DNA of 63,946 bases, filler included, from Octopus bimaculoides (Eukaryota): NCBI RefSeq assembly GCF_001194135.2. It is 7 parts of 6 records of this genome, joined end to end, with 100 filler letters (N's around TTAATTAATTAA, not from the genome) between each part and the next. Parts side by side here need not be neighbours in the genome. Positions count along the whole stretch, not along the records: positions 26,551 to 54,974 come from NC_068989.1; positions 55,075 to 57,322 come from NC_069002.1; positions 57,423 to 62,588 come from NC_069009.1; 4 more parts are not named here. One strand, given 5' to 3'. Position 1 is the stretch's first letter; every line of letters starts with the position of its first letter. The notes under the pieces were generated by a model. The model had not been told where the DNA came from and ran no database searches. It saw nothing but the letters and a program-made list of their open reading frames with translations. Made by a program: the position numbers and the translations under genes. This document shows, piece by piece, positions 48,401 through 61,901 of this stretch.

Positions 48401-50303
48401 GGTCGCCCTCTGAACCGGAAAAGTTCGACTGTTTTTGGTGCTTGTGCTTTAATGATTCTGCCCATCCATTACTGTAAAAAATGGTAATAACAGTAATATG
48501 TATGGTTTGTGTTACCACGTAACTCTCGATTCCGAGTGACACCCTTCACTATTAATGAGCAATCGAATATGGCTTGCATCCAAATCATACCCGATTTGGA
48601 CGCCTGTTTCCTATTTGTGTAGTGGCCATCAGACATAGGCATTACCCTCACAGCCCTCCCACTCATTGACCAAGTGGATCATCCTTTTATGCAATACTGG
48701 ACGGAATGAGAACTGCACTGTTCTCATTTACAGCTGAAAAGCCTGGAACAACGTGAAATGAAGAGCTTTTCTTAAGGATATAACGCACCACTGGCTCATA
48801 TATCGAACATCCGATCTCATTTATGATTTTGAGCCCGACACTCTAACCATTTGGTCATGTGGCTGGTACAGAATAGAGTTCCACAAGGAAAGGATACCTA
48901 AAATGGAGGTCCAGTTAGATAAAGAGATTCACGCACAACACCAAACTATCATGACACCAAAAATCAGCTTATCCCTCACTTTCTAACAATAATCTATAGC
49001 CACTTGATTAATATGGACTCATATAACGGGGCAAATTTCACCTCTTTCGTAAATTTTACCGTAGAGTGGGGCCTCTTTTTCTCCCCTCATCTTCCTCTTT
49101 AAGTGGTGCTTAAAGAAGTTAATGTCGATTCGGCCTGAAGGTAACCGTCGGCACTAAACCTTTTCAACCATATCCACAATACAACTTCCATTGCCATAAC
49201 CATCAGAGAGAAGGAGATAACCCACTTTTCTGAGGTTAATGAAGGCAATGGCTTGATCTTCACGATCCGCACTGCACTTATAGTACATAACCTTACAAAG
49301 CACCAACATTTTGGTAAGCAATCAGCTATGTTTGTCTTAGACACTACAGCAGATAATTACTGTTTAGATTTGTTTTCTTTGTAAAAATCGAGATCTTTTG
49401 TCTAACTACACAGGAGCTGCGACTGCGTTCTTTTGCTAATATTTTGATATAAATTTTGTTTATATTTTTAATATCATGGTTGTCCATCAACTTTTAATGT
49501 ATACCCTTCCTTGTACTACGAATACTTGGCTACGTCCAAGTCTCCTAAAGACCACGTAAATTTGAACTGATAGTTGAAGTGTTCATTATTTTACATGTTT
49601 CTCTTTATCTCAGTTAAATCACATCAGATTGGCTCATCTATTCCTTCCTTAGCGGTTGCTTTTGCTGTTTAACTCTAGGTCAGCTATGACTGAGAAGACA
49701 TGGTGACTAAATAACTTTCCCGCCTTGATACCCATCATTTCAAGGGTATCCAAGACTTCACATATCCAATATGTCCTCCTTTTGTTTGAAGGTATTGTTA
49801 TTTAAAGACGCGATATGTCAAAAGACGAGCAACAGCACTGAGGTTTCCATTCATAAAATAAATGGCTATAATATATCAATATAGCAATAGTTTAAGTAGC
49901 AATAGTATATTGATATTTATTCAAACAAATTTACAATTTTTGTGAAATGATCTCGGAAACATGGGTGTCTTTACAGGATTCATTTTAATTTTACTTTTGA
50001 ATTCAATTTCAGTAAATTACTGGGGGGGGNNNNNNNNNNNNNNNNNNNNNNNNNNNNNNNNNNNNNNNNNNNNNNNNNNNNNNNNNNNNNNNNNNNNNNN
50101 NNNNNNNNNNNNNNNNNNNNNNNNNNNNNNNNNNNNNNNNNNNNNNNNNNNNNNNNNNNNNNNNNNNNNNNNNNNNNNNNNNNNNNNNNNNNNNNNNNNN
50201 NNNNNNNNNNNNNNNNNNNNNNNNNNNNNNNNNNNNNNNNNNNNNNNNNNNNNNNNNNNNNNNNNNNNNNNNNNNNNNNNNNNNNNNNNTATATATATAT
50301 ATA

Positions 50304-50338
<35 letters not shown>

Positions 50339-50339
<1 letters not shown>

Positions 50340-50641
50340 CGCGTGGCTTAGTGGTTGGGATATTCGCAAGGTCGTGAGTTCAATTCCCGGCAAAGCATTG
50401 TGTCCTTGAGCAAGACACTTTATTTTCACGTTGCTCCAGTTCACTCAGCTGGCAAAAATGAGTAGAACCTATATTTCAAAGGGACAGCCTTGTCACACTC
50501 TGTTACGCTGAATCTCCCTGAGAACTGCGTTAAGGGTACACATGCTGTGGAATGCTCAGCCACTTGCACGGTAATTTTACGAGCAGGCTGTTCCGTTGAT
50601 CGCATCAGCTGGAACCCTCGTCGTCGTAACCGACGGATTGC
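50339..50641 (+). mobile_element. SINE family D (different head, family-C tail)
   Basis: gcgtggcttagtggtt..gagttcaattcccgg..tgtgtccttgagcaagacac, then the family-C 3' ~170 nt. A degenerate minus copy lies at ~48715-48860. Confidence 0.85.
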
Positions 50642-51869
50642 TCCTATATATGTATGTATGTATACGACAGGCTTCTTTCAGCTTCCGTCAATCCAAATCG
50701 TCTCGGGTTTTGATCGACCCGATGATATAACGAGGACACTTGCTCAAGTCGTCACTCACTGAGACTGAACCCGGCACCGTTTAGTTGGGAAGAAAGCTTC
50801 CCACCACACAGCCACGCCTCCGACAAATGTGGAAGTTCTGTTAGAAAGACCATATTATAAACCATCGAGAGTCCATACCTGGCTGAAACAGGAATATATT
50901 CTCGTTGCCTTCTTCAGATAACCATGAGAACAGCAAATACAGTTATCAGCTTTAGCATCTACTTATGATAGTAAGTGAGACAAACAGAACTATTTTTCCT
51001 GTCCAAAAGCACAACCACAACAAATTTAAAAGCTCAACATGTGGCTGATACTATAAAACATTATTTTAAGTATCAATTTCCTCATACAACTACAGTAAAT
51101 AACTTGAAGGAAAACAGTTTTAAAATGCAGATTAAAGAATTTAAGAGTTTTCGATCATATTTACATATTCAAACCGAAATGAATTCCCGAGGATTAAAAC
51201 ATGCATAATTCTTCGACAAATCAAATTCTTTCCAGAAATTTATGCTTCAAAAAATTGCTCCAAGCAATCAAGCGCAGAGGAGCAATAGCTAAGCTACACC
51301 CAACACTCTAAAACTGCAACATGTCACGCCTTGGTTGAAGTCATTCATTTTATTTATTCTGTTTCTGAAGGAAATCACTGCAACATCACAACCTCTCATT
51401 TCATTCTTCTAAAATATACAGCACACATGGGTTAAATGGAAAAAATTATTTTAGGCAACATGACACGTTGTATGTATGTATGTATGCATGTATGTATGTA
51501 TGTATGTGCAGATTTGTATGTTTTATGTATGCATTTAGTTGCATATCTAGACATGCTCATATATATCTAAAGGATAAATTCTGGAAAGTTTTACAGATTT
51601 TTACAGTTCCAGTGATGAAGTGGATCTGTAGACTTCGAATTAGCTTTCTCCTTTCTGGTTCTGAGAAGCCTAATTTCTCAAGATTGGTATGTATGTATGT
51701 ATTATGTTAGTATGTATGTCAACGAACCGGTTTCTAACCTAGATTCAAGGTTCTTTCATTGGAATTTCAACATCAACAAAAGGGTATTTTTGTATGTATG
51801 TATGTATGTATGTATGTATGTATGTATGTATGTACGTATGTATACATGTATGTGGGCATGCATGCATGC

Positions 51870-51901
<32 letters not shown>

Positions 51902-51910
51902 GTGTGTGTA

Positions 51911-52105
51911 TGAAGGGGTGCAGAAAAGTTCCTGGCTTCAATGAGGTCGCGAAAGGCCTGGTTGGATATCCAAACTTCCGAGTTCTTTTACAGGCCTTAG
52001 AAAAACTGAAGGACCGCTGCAATAAGTGTGTGAATCTGAAAGGGAATCATGTTTAATAAAATCATAATTAATTGATCTTCCTGTATTTTTTTTTACCCAA
52101 AAGTC
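51911..52105 (+). mobile_element. Mariner relic, internally deleted
   Basis: TA|tgaaggggtgcagaaaagttcctggct terminus; C-terminal LEKLKDRCNKCVNLKGNHV* motif. Confidence 0.7.
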
Positions 52106-53118
52106 CACCCACACGTATATATGAACGTATGTTTACCCATTTATACACGCACACCTTTTATTCTCATTAATGTGTACACTTTTATACCGACCTTCGTATG
52201 GAGCCTACATACTCACATATTAATAATCTATATTAATTCATTTAGCATTATGAATCCATGAGTAAAATTGAAATATATTATAGGGTTAACTGATAAGACT
52301 TGTTGGTATAGACATACACAGTTTTGCAAATAAGGACTTATTTATTCACGCAATATAATATTGACATAAAGATATACGCTCTATTCGTTATGTAAATGCG
52401 CATCAGAAATGTATATACATATCAATAAATGATAACAAATACATCAACATACTTGTAGCCACTGGGTGGCTACATACTTGTATGCACCGGTATGTACATA
52501 CTAGTTATCATCATATTACACAACAGAGATATGCATCAATATAATTAAACAGAAAATAACAAATAAATAAATAAATAATATCATGTTCATTATCAAAAGT
52601 TTTTACCAAATTCCAAGCCGATGTTTTGGTTCTATAATTACATTTTTGAACAATTTCTGTGTGTCTGTTAATAATTTTACCATTGCACAAAACAATGAAG
52701 ATATTACATGACTTTGAATATACAGGTAGATGCTGGTGCACTCACACGCNNNNNNNNNNACACACACACACATACACACAATTAGGATTAAACGAAAATT
52801 GTAGAAAATAAAATTTTTAGTACAAAGATTTTATTAAAGAATTAAAAATTAAAAACACCTTTTATTATTAAAGCAAGCTCTCTTTTGCCAACAAAGGAAA
52901 GTTCTTTGTGTAGTAGCGTAACATATGTCTTATTGTTAATATGCCCAAGTAATGCATTTAATGTACATGACAAATTGATATGAATTGTCTGTTTTACCTG
53001 ACATAGTGGGTCGATAAGTATCGTTTTGTCAATTGGACTAACCTGAAATAGGATCGATCGAGAGCCTTGTGGGTGCAAAGAAAATTTTTAAACGCGCACT
53101 TATACTTAAACATGTGTG

Positions 53119-53500
53119 TGTTGGCACTCCGTCGCTTACGACGTCGAGGGTTCCAGTTGATCGAATCAACGGAACAGCCTGCTCGTGAAATTAACGTGCA
53201 AGTGGCTGAGCACTCCACAGACACGTGTACCCTTAACGTAGTTCTCGGGGGATATTCAGCATGACACAGTGTGACAAAGCTGGCCCCTGTGAAATACAGG
53301 TACAACAGAAACAGGAAGTAAGAGTGAGAGAAAGTTGTGGTGGAAGAGTACAGCAGGGTTCACCACCATCCCCTGCCGGAGCCTCGTGGAGCTTTAGGTG
53401 TTTTCGCTCAATAAACACTCACAACGCCCGATCTGGGAATCGAAACCACGATCCTATGACCGCGAGTCCGCTGCCCTAACCGCTGGGCCATTGCGCCTCC
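53119..53500 (-). mobile_element. SINE family C, full length, with 12-bp TSD
   Basis: Colinear with 33203-33590; ACTTAAACATGT at 53104-53115 and 53503-53514. A head-only copy lies at 54655-54733. Confidence 0.9.
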
Positions 53501-54738
53501 ACACTTAAACATGTATGTAAGTAAATACGTACGTTTGTTCGTCCATACGTGCGTATGTATGTACGTACGTACGTATGTATGTATGTATGTATGTATGTAT
53601 GTATGTATGTATGTATGTATGGCGTAAGACAAAGATATTTTATACGAGTGCAGGGTGACAGGAAGACATCTGCAAAAAATATTGTCTCTGTATTAAACCT
53701 AAGCCAATATAGAATCAAGTGTGAGCCTTGACATAGTGATTCAAGAGCTTCTGAATAGTTAGCTACGAGGAAGGGACTTGATTGTCGGATACTGAGACAA
53801 ACAATTAATTTTTTGTCAAAGATGATACATTGATCTTCACCAACACGACTTCAATGTAGACAAAAAGCATTCGAAGGTGGTTAGCCCTGGCAGAAACAAA
53901 ATTGATAACTTCTGGTATCTCACCTGGGGAAAAACTACCGACCAACTACATATCTGACTTCGTGCAAACATCTGCGTGTGTGTGTGTGTGTGTGTGCGTG
54001 CATATGTGTGTAACGGTGTGTGTGCGCGCTATGGGTGAACATAATCTAGCCTGCAGCAGCAGCAGCAGCAGCCGGACTCTACATTTTGTTGTGTGTGTAT
54101 AAACAGGCGCATATGTGAATGAAGTTATTGACAAGTTGTTTGTCGCAGTCGTTCGCCTTGTCACCGAATCAAACTACCGTTACTAACTCTGCTCTTCCTT
54201 TTCTAGTACTCTTCTTCCCTCTCCCTGTCTATCCCCTCTAAAACCTCCCCCTCGTCAATCAATTTACTCTCTCAGAACACTTCCCTCCTACACATGCGAA
54301 ACAGCAATTTATTTACCTCTTCTATTTAAGTACCTCTCTTCCACTCTGAAGACAGTTCTGGTTCAAAACGTTAGAAACTCTTAGTTGCAAATCTGATTGG
54401 GAAAGTATAAACATTATCTGCACACTCACACACACAAACACAAACGTACACACACATACACGTACACGCACGTACGCACACACACACATATTAAGGTAAA
54501 AGAGTACAACAACTGATGAGATGAAATTATTTAATACATACGAGATTTAACTGCGAGTTACTTCTAGAATCATGTCTTTGAAAGGTACAACGGTCGGACA
54601 TGCTTGTATTTTCAGAGGTATGGAGCTAACTGTAGTGGGGCTGTATTTTCGGACAATAAACACACAACGCCCGGTCTGAGAATCGAAACTGCGATCCTAC
54701 GAATGCGAGTCCGCTGCCCTAACCACTAGGCCAAAGGT

Positions 54739-54974
54739 ACCGTCCACTGCATCTCACATAAGAACGAGATACTGCAGCAGCCTCGGTTTCAGAGGACCTC
54801 AGCTCTTCAATGCCCTGCCAAAACATTTGAGAGACATGCAAGACATGGATACGGAGGTCTTCAAGACAAAACTTGACACTTTCCTCTCCACGGTACCAGA
54901 CGAACCAATGGCTCGTAATGAGACGCAGTTTAGGGCAGCTATGTCAAATTCTCTTATACACCAGATGTGCCATC
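54739..54974 (+). mobile_element. CR1/L2-group LINE, 3' end of ORF2
   Basis: Open frame SLGFRGPQLFNALPKHLRD..FKTKLDTFLSTVPDEP..RAAMSNSLIHQ; cut by a gap. Confidence 0.75.
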
Positions 54975-55200
54975 NNNNNNNNNNNNNNNNNNNNNNNNNN
55001 NNNNNNNNNNNNNNNNNNTTAATTAATTAANNNNNNNNNNNNNNNNNNNNNNNNNNNNNNNNNNNNNNNNNNNNTAAGAATAAGTCTTGGGGTTGATTTG
55101 CTCGACTAAAGGTGGTGCTCCAGCATGGCTGCAGTCAAATGACTGAAACAAATAAAAGAATATATATGTGTGTGTGTGTGTACATATATATATATATATA

Positions 55201-55691
55201 CAGGGGTTGGACAGAATAATGGATGCACCTTAAAATTTCAAACAAATTTATTTTAATATGGGTAGGACCGCCTTTGGCAGTTATTACAGCTTGTTCCACA
55301 ACCATAGGATGAATTTGATCAGATAAAATGCTTAAATAGTCTTGACTATTAATTCTGCCATGGAGGGAAACCAATGGGCCAGCAGATTTCCAAGATGCAG
55401 TCCCCCCACTTCCATCAGTTCATCACAGATCCTCCTCGATGTTTAACTGTTAGAAGAAGACAGTCTGGGTCAAATACTTCTTTTGGCTGTCCACACACGT
55501 ATACTCGGCCGGTGGTCGGAATTGGGTAAAGGATGACTCGTCCGAGAAAATAACATTCTTCACTGCTCTAGGAACCAATTCTGTAGGTTTTTACTCCACT
55601 CTAAACGTTTTGCAATGTTTGTTTTTGAAAGTAGTGGTTTTCTGATTGCAGCCCTCCCGTGAAATCTGGCTTTGTGCACCTCCCGGCAAAG
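55201..55691 (-). mobile_element. Tc1-like DNA transposon, internally deleted
   Basis: TA|CAGGGGTTGGACAGAATAATGG terminus at 55201. The minus strand reads RAAIRKPLLSKTNIAKRLEW..WKNVIFSDESSF, FDPDCLLLTVKHRGGSV, GRINSQDYLSILSDQIHP and AVITAKGGPT. Confidence 0.9.
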
Positions 55692-57422
55692 GCAAATCAA
55701 AAAAAAAATAAAACTGGAAAAACAACAAAAAAGTCAAAAGGATATACACAACTAATGTATTAGATTGACGCTCAGAGAAAGTTTAAGACGGAAAAACAGA
55801 CGGGGTGTGATGTTTCAAGCATGGTTCTTTGTCAAAAAGAGAAAAAATTCAAGGAGAAAGAAAATAGTCTGAGAAAAGAACGTGTGTCGTTACATGGCTG
55901 AAAAATGACTGATCGGTAGTGGAAAGAGTTAAAGAAATTGGTCTTTGGAGGCAGGAGAGTGAGAAAATGACCAACACACGCGCACACAATGAGTGTGAGA
56001 TGGAAAAATCTATCAACTTGCATTACTAAGTCAAAACTAATGCTGTCTCTAGAGATTATTGTTTTACTGAAGCAATGAACTGACTAGCCTGTTATCTAAG
56101 CCACCTATTCTGAAGATATGAAATAAAAAGTGTAAAAGTGTGAGTGGAAAAACGTATACTTGTCGGCATTTTTGTTGAATAGGCAGCTGACAGATGGTCA
56201 GTCAGCCTGTTGAAATTAGCAAGCAAAACTCTCGTAAATTATACCCTGTCGTTTTACATAGAGGTTCTATGTAGTCCAATATATACAACCATGAGATTAT
56301 AAGAATGTGAGGTATCCGTCTGTCATGCAGACCATGGAAGTAGCTTGTAAATGAAGAACAACTTCAGAAATGATTTTAATATCCAGTCCGTGATCTGGAG
56401 ATATTAAGTCTTCGTACAACCCATATTCGAACTATCGTTATATGAACAAAGACAGATGTATGTATATATGTCGATGAATGCATGCTTGTATGTGTATATT
56501 TGTAGTTCAATATCCATAGTTCAATATCCAAACAAAATAAATAGAACCTTTTTACTATCCATGGTGAACTACTCAAAGCAGTGCCCTCTATCGTCTATTG
56601 AGGCAATTCTATTTTCGTTGACATCATCAGAGCATTTGGGCTCCTGTCGCATCATATCTTTCACTATCATAGCCTGAAGTTTAAAATAAAACACATAAGA
56701 GGTATCCATCATAGGGTTCGTTGCACACTAGAAAGAACAGTTAAATTCCAAACCACTATTATGGATAACATTTCGAAGGGAAAATAAAATTAAAAAACAT
56801 TTACCATCTAACTCCTGAACCATTGGTTTCTGACTTTTATTAGCAAATAAAATAATTTGCTAGGTGAAGTCTTCATCAGCAGGTACACCACAGATTAAAC
56901 ATATATACACGAGGCAATCCAGCATATGCTCTATGCTTATACATTCTAATTTTTCAAATCTACCGCGCAAGCGCAGCTCCTTGTCGGCAGTAAATATAAA
57001 ATGCCGTCTTTTCAATTCGAAAATTATCCAGAAAAAATTATCAATAATTAATTATAACAAGGGTAATAAGAAATATTAGAAATTTCTACTACCAGTGGCC
57101 TAGCGTGTAAAAATTTAGTCCATAGACTATATATTATTCATATAATTACAGTGTACATTTAAACACATAAGAGGTATCCATCAAAGGATTCCTTGCACGC
57201 TAGAAAGAACAGCTAAGTACCAAACCACTATAAGGGATAAAACTTCGAAAGGAATGAAAAATAAAAAATCAAAAAAAAAATCTAGGTGTACCTGCTGAAG
57301 AAGACTTCGCCTAGCAAATTATNNNNNNNNNNNNNNNNNNNNNNNNNNNNNNNNNNNNNNNNNNNNTTAATTAATTAANNNNNNNNNNNNNNNNNNNNNN
57401 NNNNNNNNNNNNNNNNNNNNNN

Positions 57423-57588
57423 GGAGCACCACCCTGAAAAGTTTTTAGTTGAATGATTGTTCAACTCCACTACTTTTTTTTTTTAAAGCCTGGTACTTAT
57501 TCTATTGATCTCTGCTGCCGAGCTGCTAGGTTACAGGGATGTAAACACACCAACCCCAGTTATCAAGCAGTGGTGGGGGACAAACCAA

Positions 57589-57631
<43 letters not shown>

Positions 57632-57790
57632 ATGGGCTTCTTTCAGTTTCCATCTACCAAATCTACTCACAAGGTTTTCGTCGGCCTGAGGCTATAGTAG
57701 AAGACACTTGCCCAAGATGCCATACACTGTGTCTGAACACAAAACCATGTGGTTGGTAAGCAAGCTACTTACCACACAGCCACACCTGCA
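57423..57790 (-). mobile_element. SINE family B
   Basis: Colinear with 16968-17351; internal (CA)n. Confidence 0.85.
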
Positions 57791-58227
57791 CCTATACACA
57801 CACACACATATGTATTACAGGCTTCTTTCAGTTTCCATCTACCAAATTCACTCATAAGTCTTTGGTCAGCCGAAAGCTATAATAGGAGAGACACTTGCTC
57901 AAAGTGCCATGCTGTGGGACTGAACCTGGAACCATGTGGTAGGTGATGGTATTAGTAGTTGTAGGTGGTGGTGGTGGTGGTGGTGGTAGTAGTAGTAGTC
58001 AGTTGTAATGGTGGTAGGAGTAGTAGGTGGTGCTGGTCGTGGTAGCATTAGTAGTAGTAGTCGAGTGCACTGATCCTGGTACTAAACTGGCATTTATTTT
58101 ATCAACCCCAAAAGGGTGAAATGCAAAAATCCGCCTCAGCAGAATTTGAACACAAAACCCAAAGTGCCAAAAGAAATACCACAAGGTGTTTCTTTGTCCA
58201 GCACACTCTAACAATTCTACAAATTGG

Positions 58228-58274
58228 TCATGAGGATGATGATGATGATGACAATAATTACAGGAATAACAGTA

Positions 58275-58320
<46 letters not shown>

Positions 58321-59985
58321 TTGTAGTAGTAGTCATAGTGGTATTAATAGTGGTGGTGGTGGCTGTGGTAGTAGTAGTAGTAGTGGCTGTAGGTGGTGGT
58401 AGTAGCAGTAGTGGTAGTCGTAGGTGGTGCTGGAAGTAGTAGTAGTAGTAGTAGTAGGTGGTGGTAGTAGTAGTTGCAATAGTTGTAGTAGTGTTGGTAG
58501 TGGAGGCAGTGTTAGTGGTGGTGGTGGTGGTGGTGGTGGTNNNNNNNNNNNNNNNNNNNNNNNNNNNNNNNNNNNNNNNNNNNNNNNNNNNNNNNNNNNN
58601 NNNNNNNNNNNNNNNNNNNNNNNNNNNNNNNNNNNNNNNNNNNNNNNNNNNNNNNNNNNNNNNNNNNNNNNNNNNNNNNNNNNNNNNNNNNNNNNNNNNN
58701 NNNNNNNNNNNNNNNNNNNNNNNNNNNNNNNNNNNNNNNNNNNNNNNNNNNNNNNNNNNNNNNNNNNNNNNNNNNNNNNNNNNNNNNNNNNNNNNNNNNN
58801 NNNNNNNNNNNNNNNNNNNNNNNNNNNNNNNNNNNNNNNNNNNNNNNNNNNNNNNNNNNNNNNNNNNNNNNNNNNNNNNNNNNNNNNNNNNNNNNNNNNN
58901 NNNNNNNNNNNNNNNNNNNNNNNNNNNNNNNNNNNNNNNNNNNNNNNNNNNNNNNNNNNNNNNNNNNNNNNNNNNNNNNNNNNNNNNNNNNNNNNNNNNN
59001 NNNNNNNNNNNNNNNNNNNNNNNNNNNNNNNNNNNNNNNNNNNNNNNNNNNNNNNNNNNNNNNNNNNNNNNNNNNNNNNNNNNNNNNNNNNNNNNNNNNN
59101 NNNNNNNNNNNNNNNNNNNNNNNNNNNNNNNNNNNNNNNNNNNNNNNNNNNNNNNTTCCACAGCGCTGGACCCCGCCACCCCGCACCGCACCTTTCCCAC
59201 CCCATCCCACCACTCTTCTGCATCCTTATTACCGCGACAAGGGACCCAAGAAAACAATAACACTTTAGAAATATTACTTCTCCGCCATCGCCATCTTGCT
59301 TCACCTCCATCGCCGCTGCCACCGCTCTACGGCTGCCAGATTCTGTATCGCGTTGCTATGGAAACCAACTACAGCCACCACTGCAGAGCCTCAATACCAC
59401 CACCACTGCCGCCAACGCCGCGGTGGGGTCTATACAGCTCTGTCGTCATGGCGCAGAGGTTGTATATTGCAAGCTGTCAGATCGAACCTCTGGGTTGCCA
59501 TACAATGGAGTCATGTTGTACTACATGCTGTACTGCATTATGTGGTCACTACAATGCACTATACTATACTATACCACCACCTGTACTACCACACCAGTGC
59601 ATCACCACTACTGGAAACATACCTGACTGTATCAGCACCATCACCGCCATCATCATCAATGCTGGGAATACACCTATACTAGCGCCAGCACTACCACACT
59701 TTACCACCACCAGAAATGCTCCTATACTAGCATTTCTACTACCACTACCACCAACACCACCTGAAATGTATTCAAAGCATCAACCACTGCCAGGCGCACG
59801 CCTTTACTAGAACCAACACCATCACTACCACTACAACCACCATCACCACCACAACAACCTCCATTACTATTACCAACACCACCACCACCACCATCACAAA
59901 CATCACCACCACTACAACCACCATCACCATCATCAACACCATCGCAACCACCAGCAGCAACACACCTGTACTAGCACCAACAAAG
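58228..59985. repeat. Degenerate trinucleotide (GGT/AGT then ACC/ACT) low-complexity block spanning a gap
   Basis: G-rich left of the 58541-59155 gap, C-rich to the right. Confidence 0.85.
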
Positions 59986-60268
59986 AGATTTCATTGTGTA
60001 AAAAAAATTAAACAAATAATAAAAACTCCCAAAGGTCCCCGTGGAAAAACCCACTAAAGCCATGGGTGCCTGATCAACAGGGCAAGAGGCCGTCTTTAAT
60101 TTTTCACAGGTGTATGCTCAGAATTGGTCCTTTCACACTGGCCATTCTTCCAACATTCACCCACCTGTCAACAAACTTGCTACAAAGCAACACTTCCCTC
60201 TCCACCCTCAACTTCCTTTTCAAGTGAAATTTGAAAAAGTTAATGAGGGCTTATGCCATCTTAATAAT

Positions 60269-60639
60269 AACAAGAGCGCTCAGAGAACGCAAACCTCCGC
60301 TAGGGCAACACCATCCTCTCAATGATTAGCCAGAGATGATTTTTAGAATGAGAATATCCGAAATAAACTTGACTGCTCTCACAAACAAGAATACTAAAAA
60401 TGAACCCGACTGCTATTGAAAATTAAGTAAAAAAAACAGGGAAAATAATCCAGAATCCTTGTCCGGTACCAGATCGATCCCAAAATCTAATCAGTTTGTG
60501 CCAGTTACATGGCCAAATATCCCTGAAAGTTTCATCGGAATCCATCCAGAAGTTCTTGAGATATCTTGTCCATGGACAAAGAGAAAAACAAACAAACATG
60601 ACTGAAAAACAATACCTCCACCTTTGTTAAGGCGGTGGT
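60269..60639 (+). mobile_element. Helentron/HINE-like non-autonomous element, copy 1
   Basis: 5' aacaagagcgctcagagaacgcaaacctccgc; 3' (CAAA)n followed by the hairpin acctccacctt-tgtt-aaggcggtggt; sits in (TAA)n. Confidence 0.6.
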
Positions 60640-60664
60640 AATAATAATAATGATAATAATATAT

Positions 60665-61021
60665 AACAAGAGCATTCAGAGAGTGCAAACCTCTGCCAAG
60701 ACAACACCAATGTCCTTTCAAAAATTAGCTGGAGATGATTTTTAAAATGAGAATATCAGAAATAAACTCATCTGCTCTCACAAATGAACCCGACTGCTCT
60801 CAAAAATTAAGCTAAAAAACAAGAAAAATAATCCAGAATCCTTGTCCAGTACCAGATCGATCCCAAAATCTAATCAACTCATGCCAGTCACGAGGTCAAA
60901 CATCCCTGGAAGTTTCATCTGAATCCATCCAGCAGTTCTTGAGATATCTTGTCCACGGACAAACATACGAACAAACAAATATGACTGAAAATAATACCTG
61001 TACCTTTACTAAGGCAGCGGT
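60665..61021 (+). mobile_element. Helentron/HINE-like element, copy 2 (head-to-tail)
   Basis: Colinear diverged copy of 60269-60639. Confidence 0.6.
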
Positions 61022-61299
61022 GATAAGAATAAATTTTTCTTACTATTAATTCAAGGCCTGAAATCTTTTGTTGGCAGGGAGGTAGTCAATTACATCAACC
61101 CCACTGCTAAACTGATGCTTATTTTCATCATCCCTGAAAAAAACGAAAGCGAATCGACCTCAGGTGAATTTGAACTCAGAACATAAAGATTGACAAAATG
61201 CTGCTAAGAATTAGGCCTGACATGCTAATGTTTCTGCCAGCTTGCTATTGTTTTATTCTTTTGCTGGTTTCAGTCATTTGATTGCGGCCATGCTCAATG

Positions 61300-61442
61300 T
61301 TCAACTGGTACTTATTTAATCGACCCCGAAAAGATGAAAGGCAAAGTTGACCTCAGCGGAATTTGAACTCAGAACGTAGCAGCAGACGAAATGCCGCTAA
61401 GCATTTCGCCCAGCGTGCTAACGATTCTGCCAGCTTCCCGCC

Positions 61443-61443
<1 letters not shown>
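61300..61443 (-). mobile_element. SINE family A
   Basis: cgaccccgaaaagatgaaaggcaaag..gattctgccagcttcccgcctt. Confidence 0.85.
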
Positions 61444-61488
<45 letters not shown>

Positions 61489-61853
61489 NNNNNNNNNNNN
61501 NNNNNNNNNNNNNNNNNNNNNNNNNNNNNNNNNNNNNNNNNNNNNNNNNNNNNNNNNNNNNNNNNNNNNNNNNNNNNNNNNNNNNNNNNNNNNNNNNNNN
61601 NNNNNNNNNNNNNNNNNNNNNNNNNNNNNNNNNNNNNNNNNNNNNNNNNNNNNNNNNNNNNNNNNNNNNNNNNNNNNNNNNNNNNNNNNNNNNNNNNNNN
61701 NNNNNNNNNNNNNNNNNNNNNNNNNNNNNNNNNNNNNNNNNNNNNNNNNNNNNNNNNNNNNNNNNNNNNNNNNNNNNNNNNNTAATTTATCGACCCCGAA
61801 AGGAAGAAAGGCAAAGTCGACCTCGGCGGAATTTGAACTCAGAACGTAACGTA

Positions 61854-61901
<48 letters not shown>

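Noticed and set aside
54345-54375. Other CTGAAGA/CTGATGA motifs (54345, 43945, 57295, 33867)
   Set aside because: No properly placed GAAA with stems I and II, so not hammerheads.
58458-59810. Long ORF-track entries containing X runs (also 18993-20084, 36547-37808 and others)
   Set aside because: They are open only because N gaps and microsatellites lack stops.
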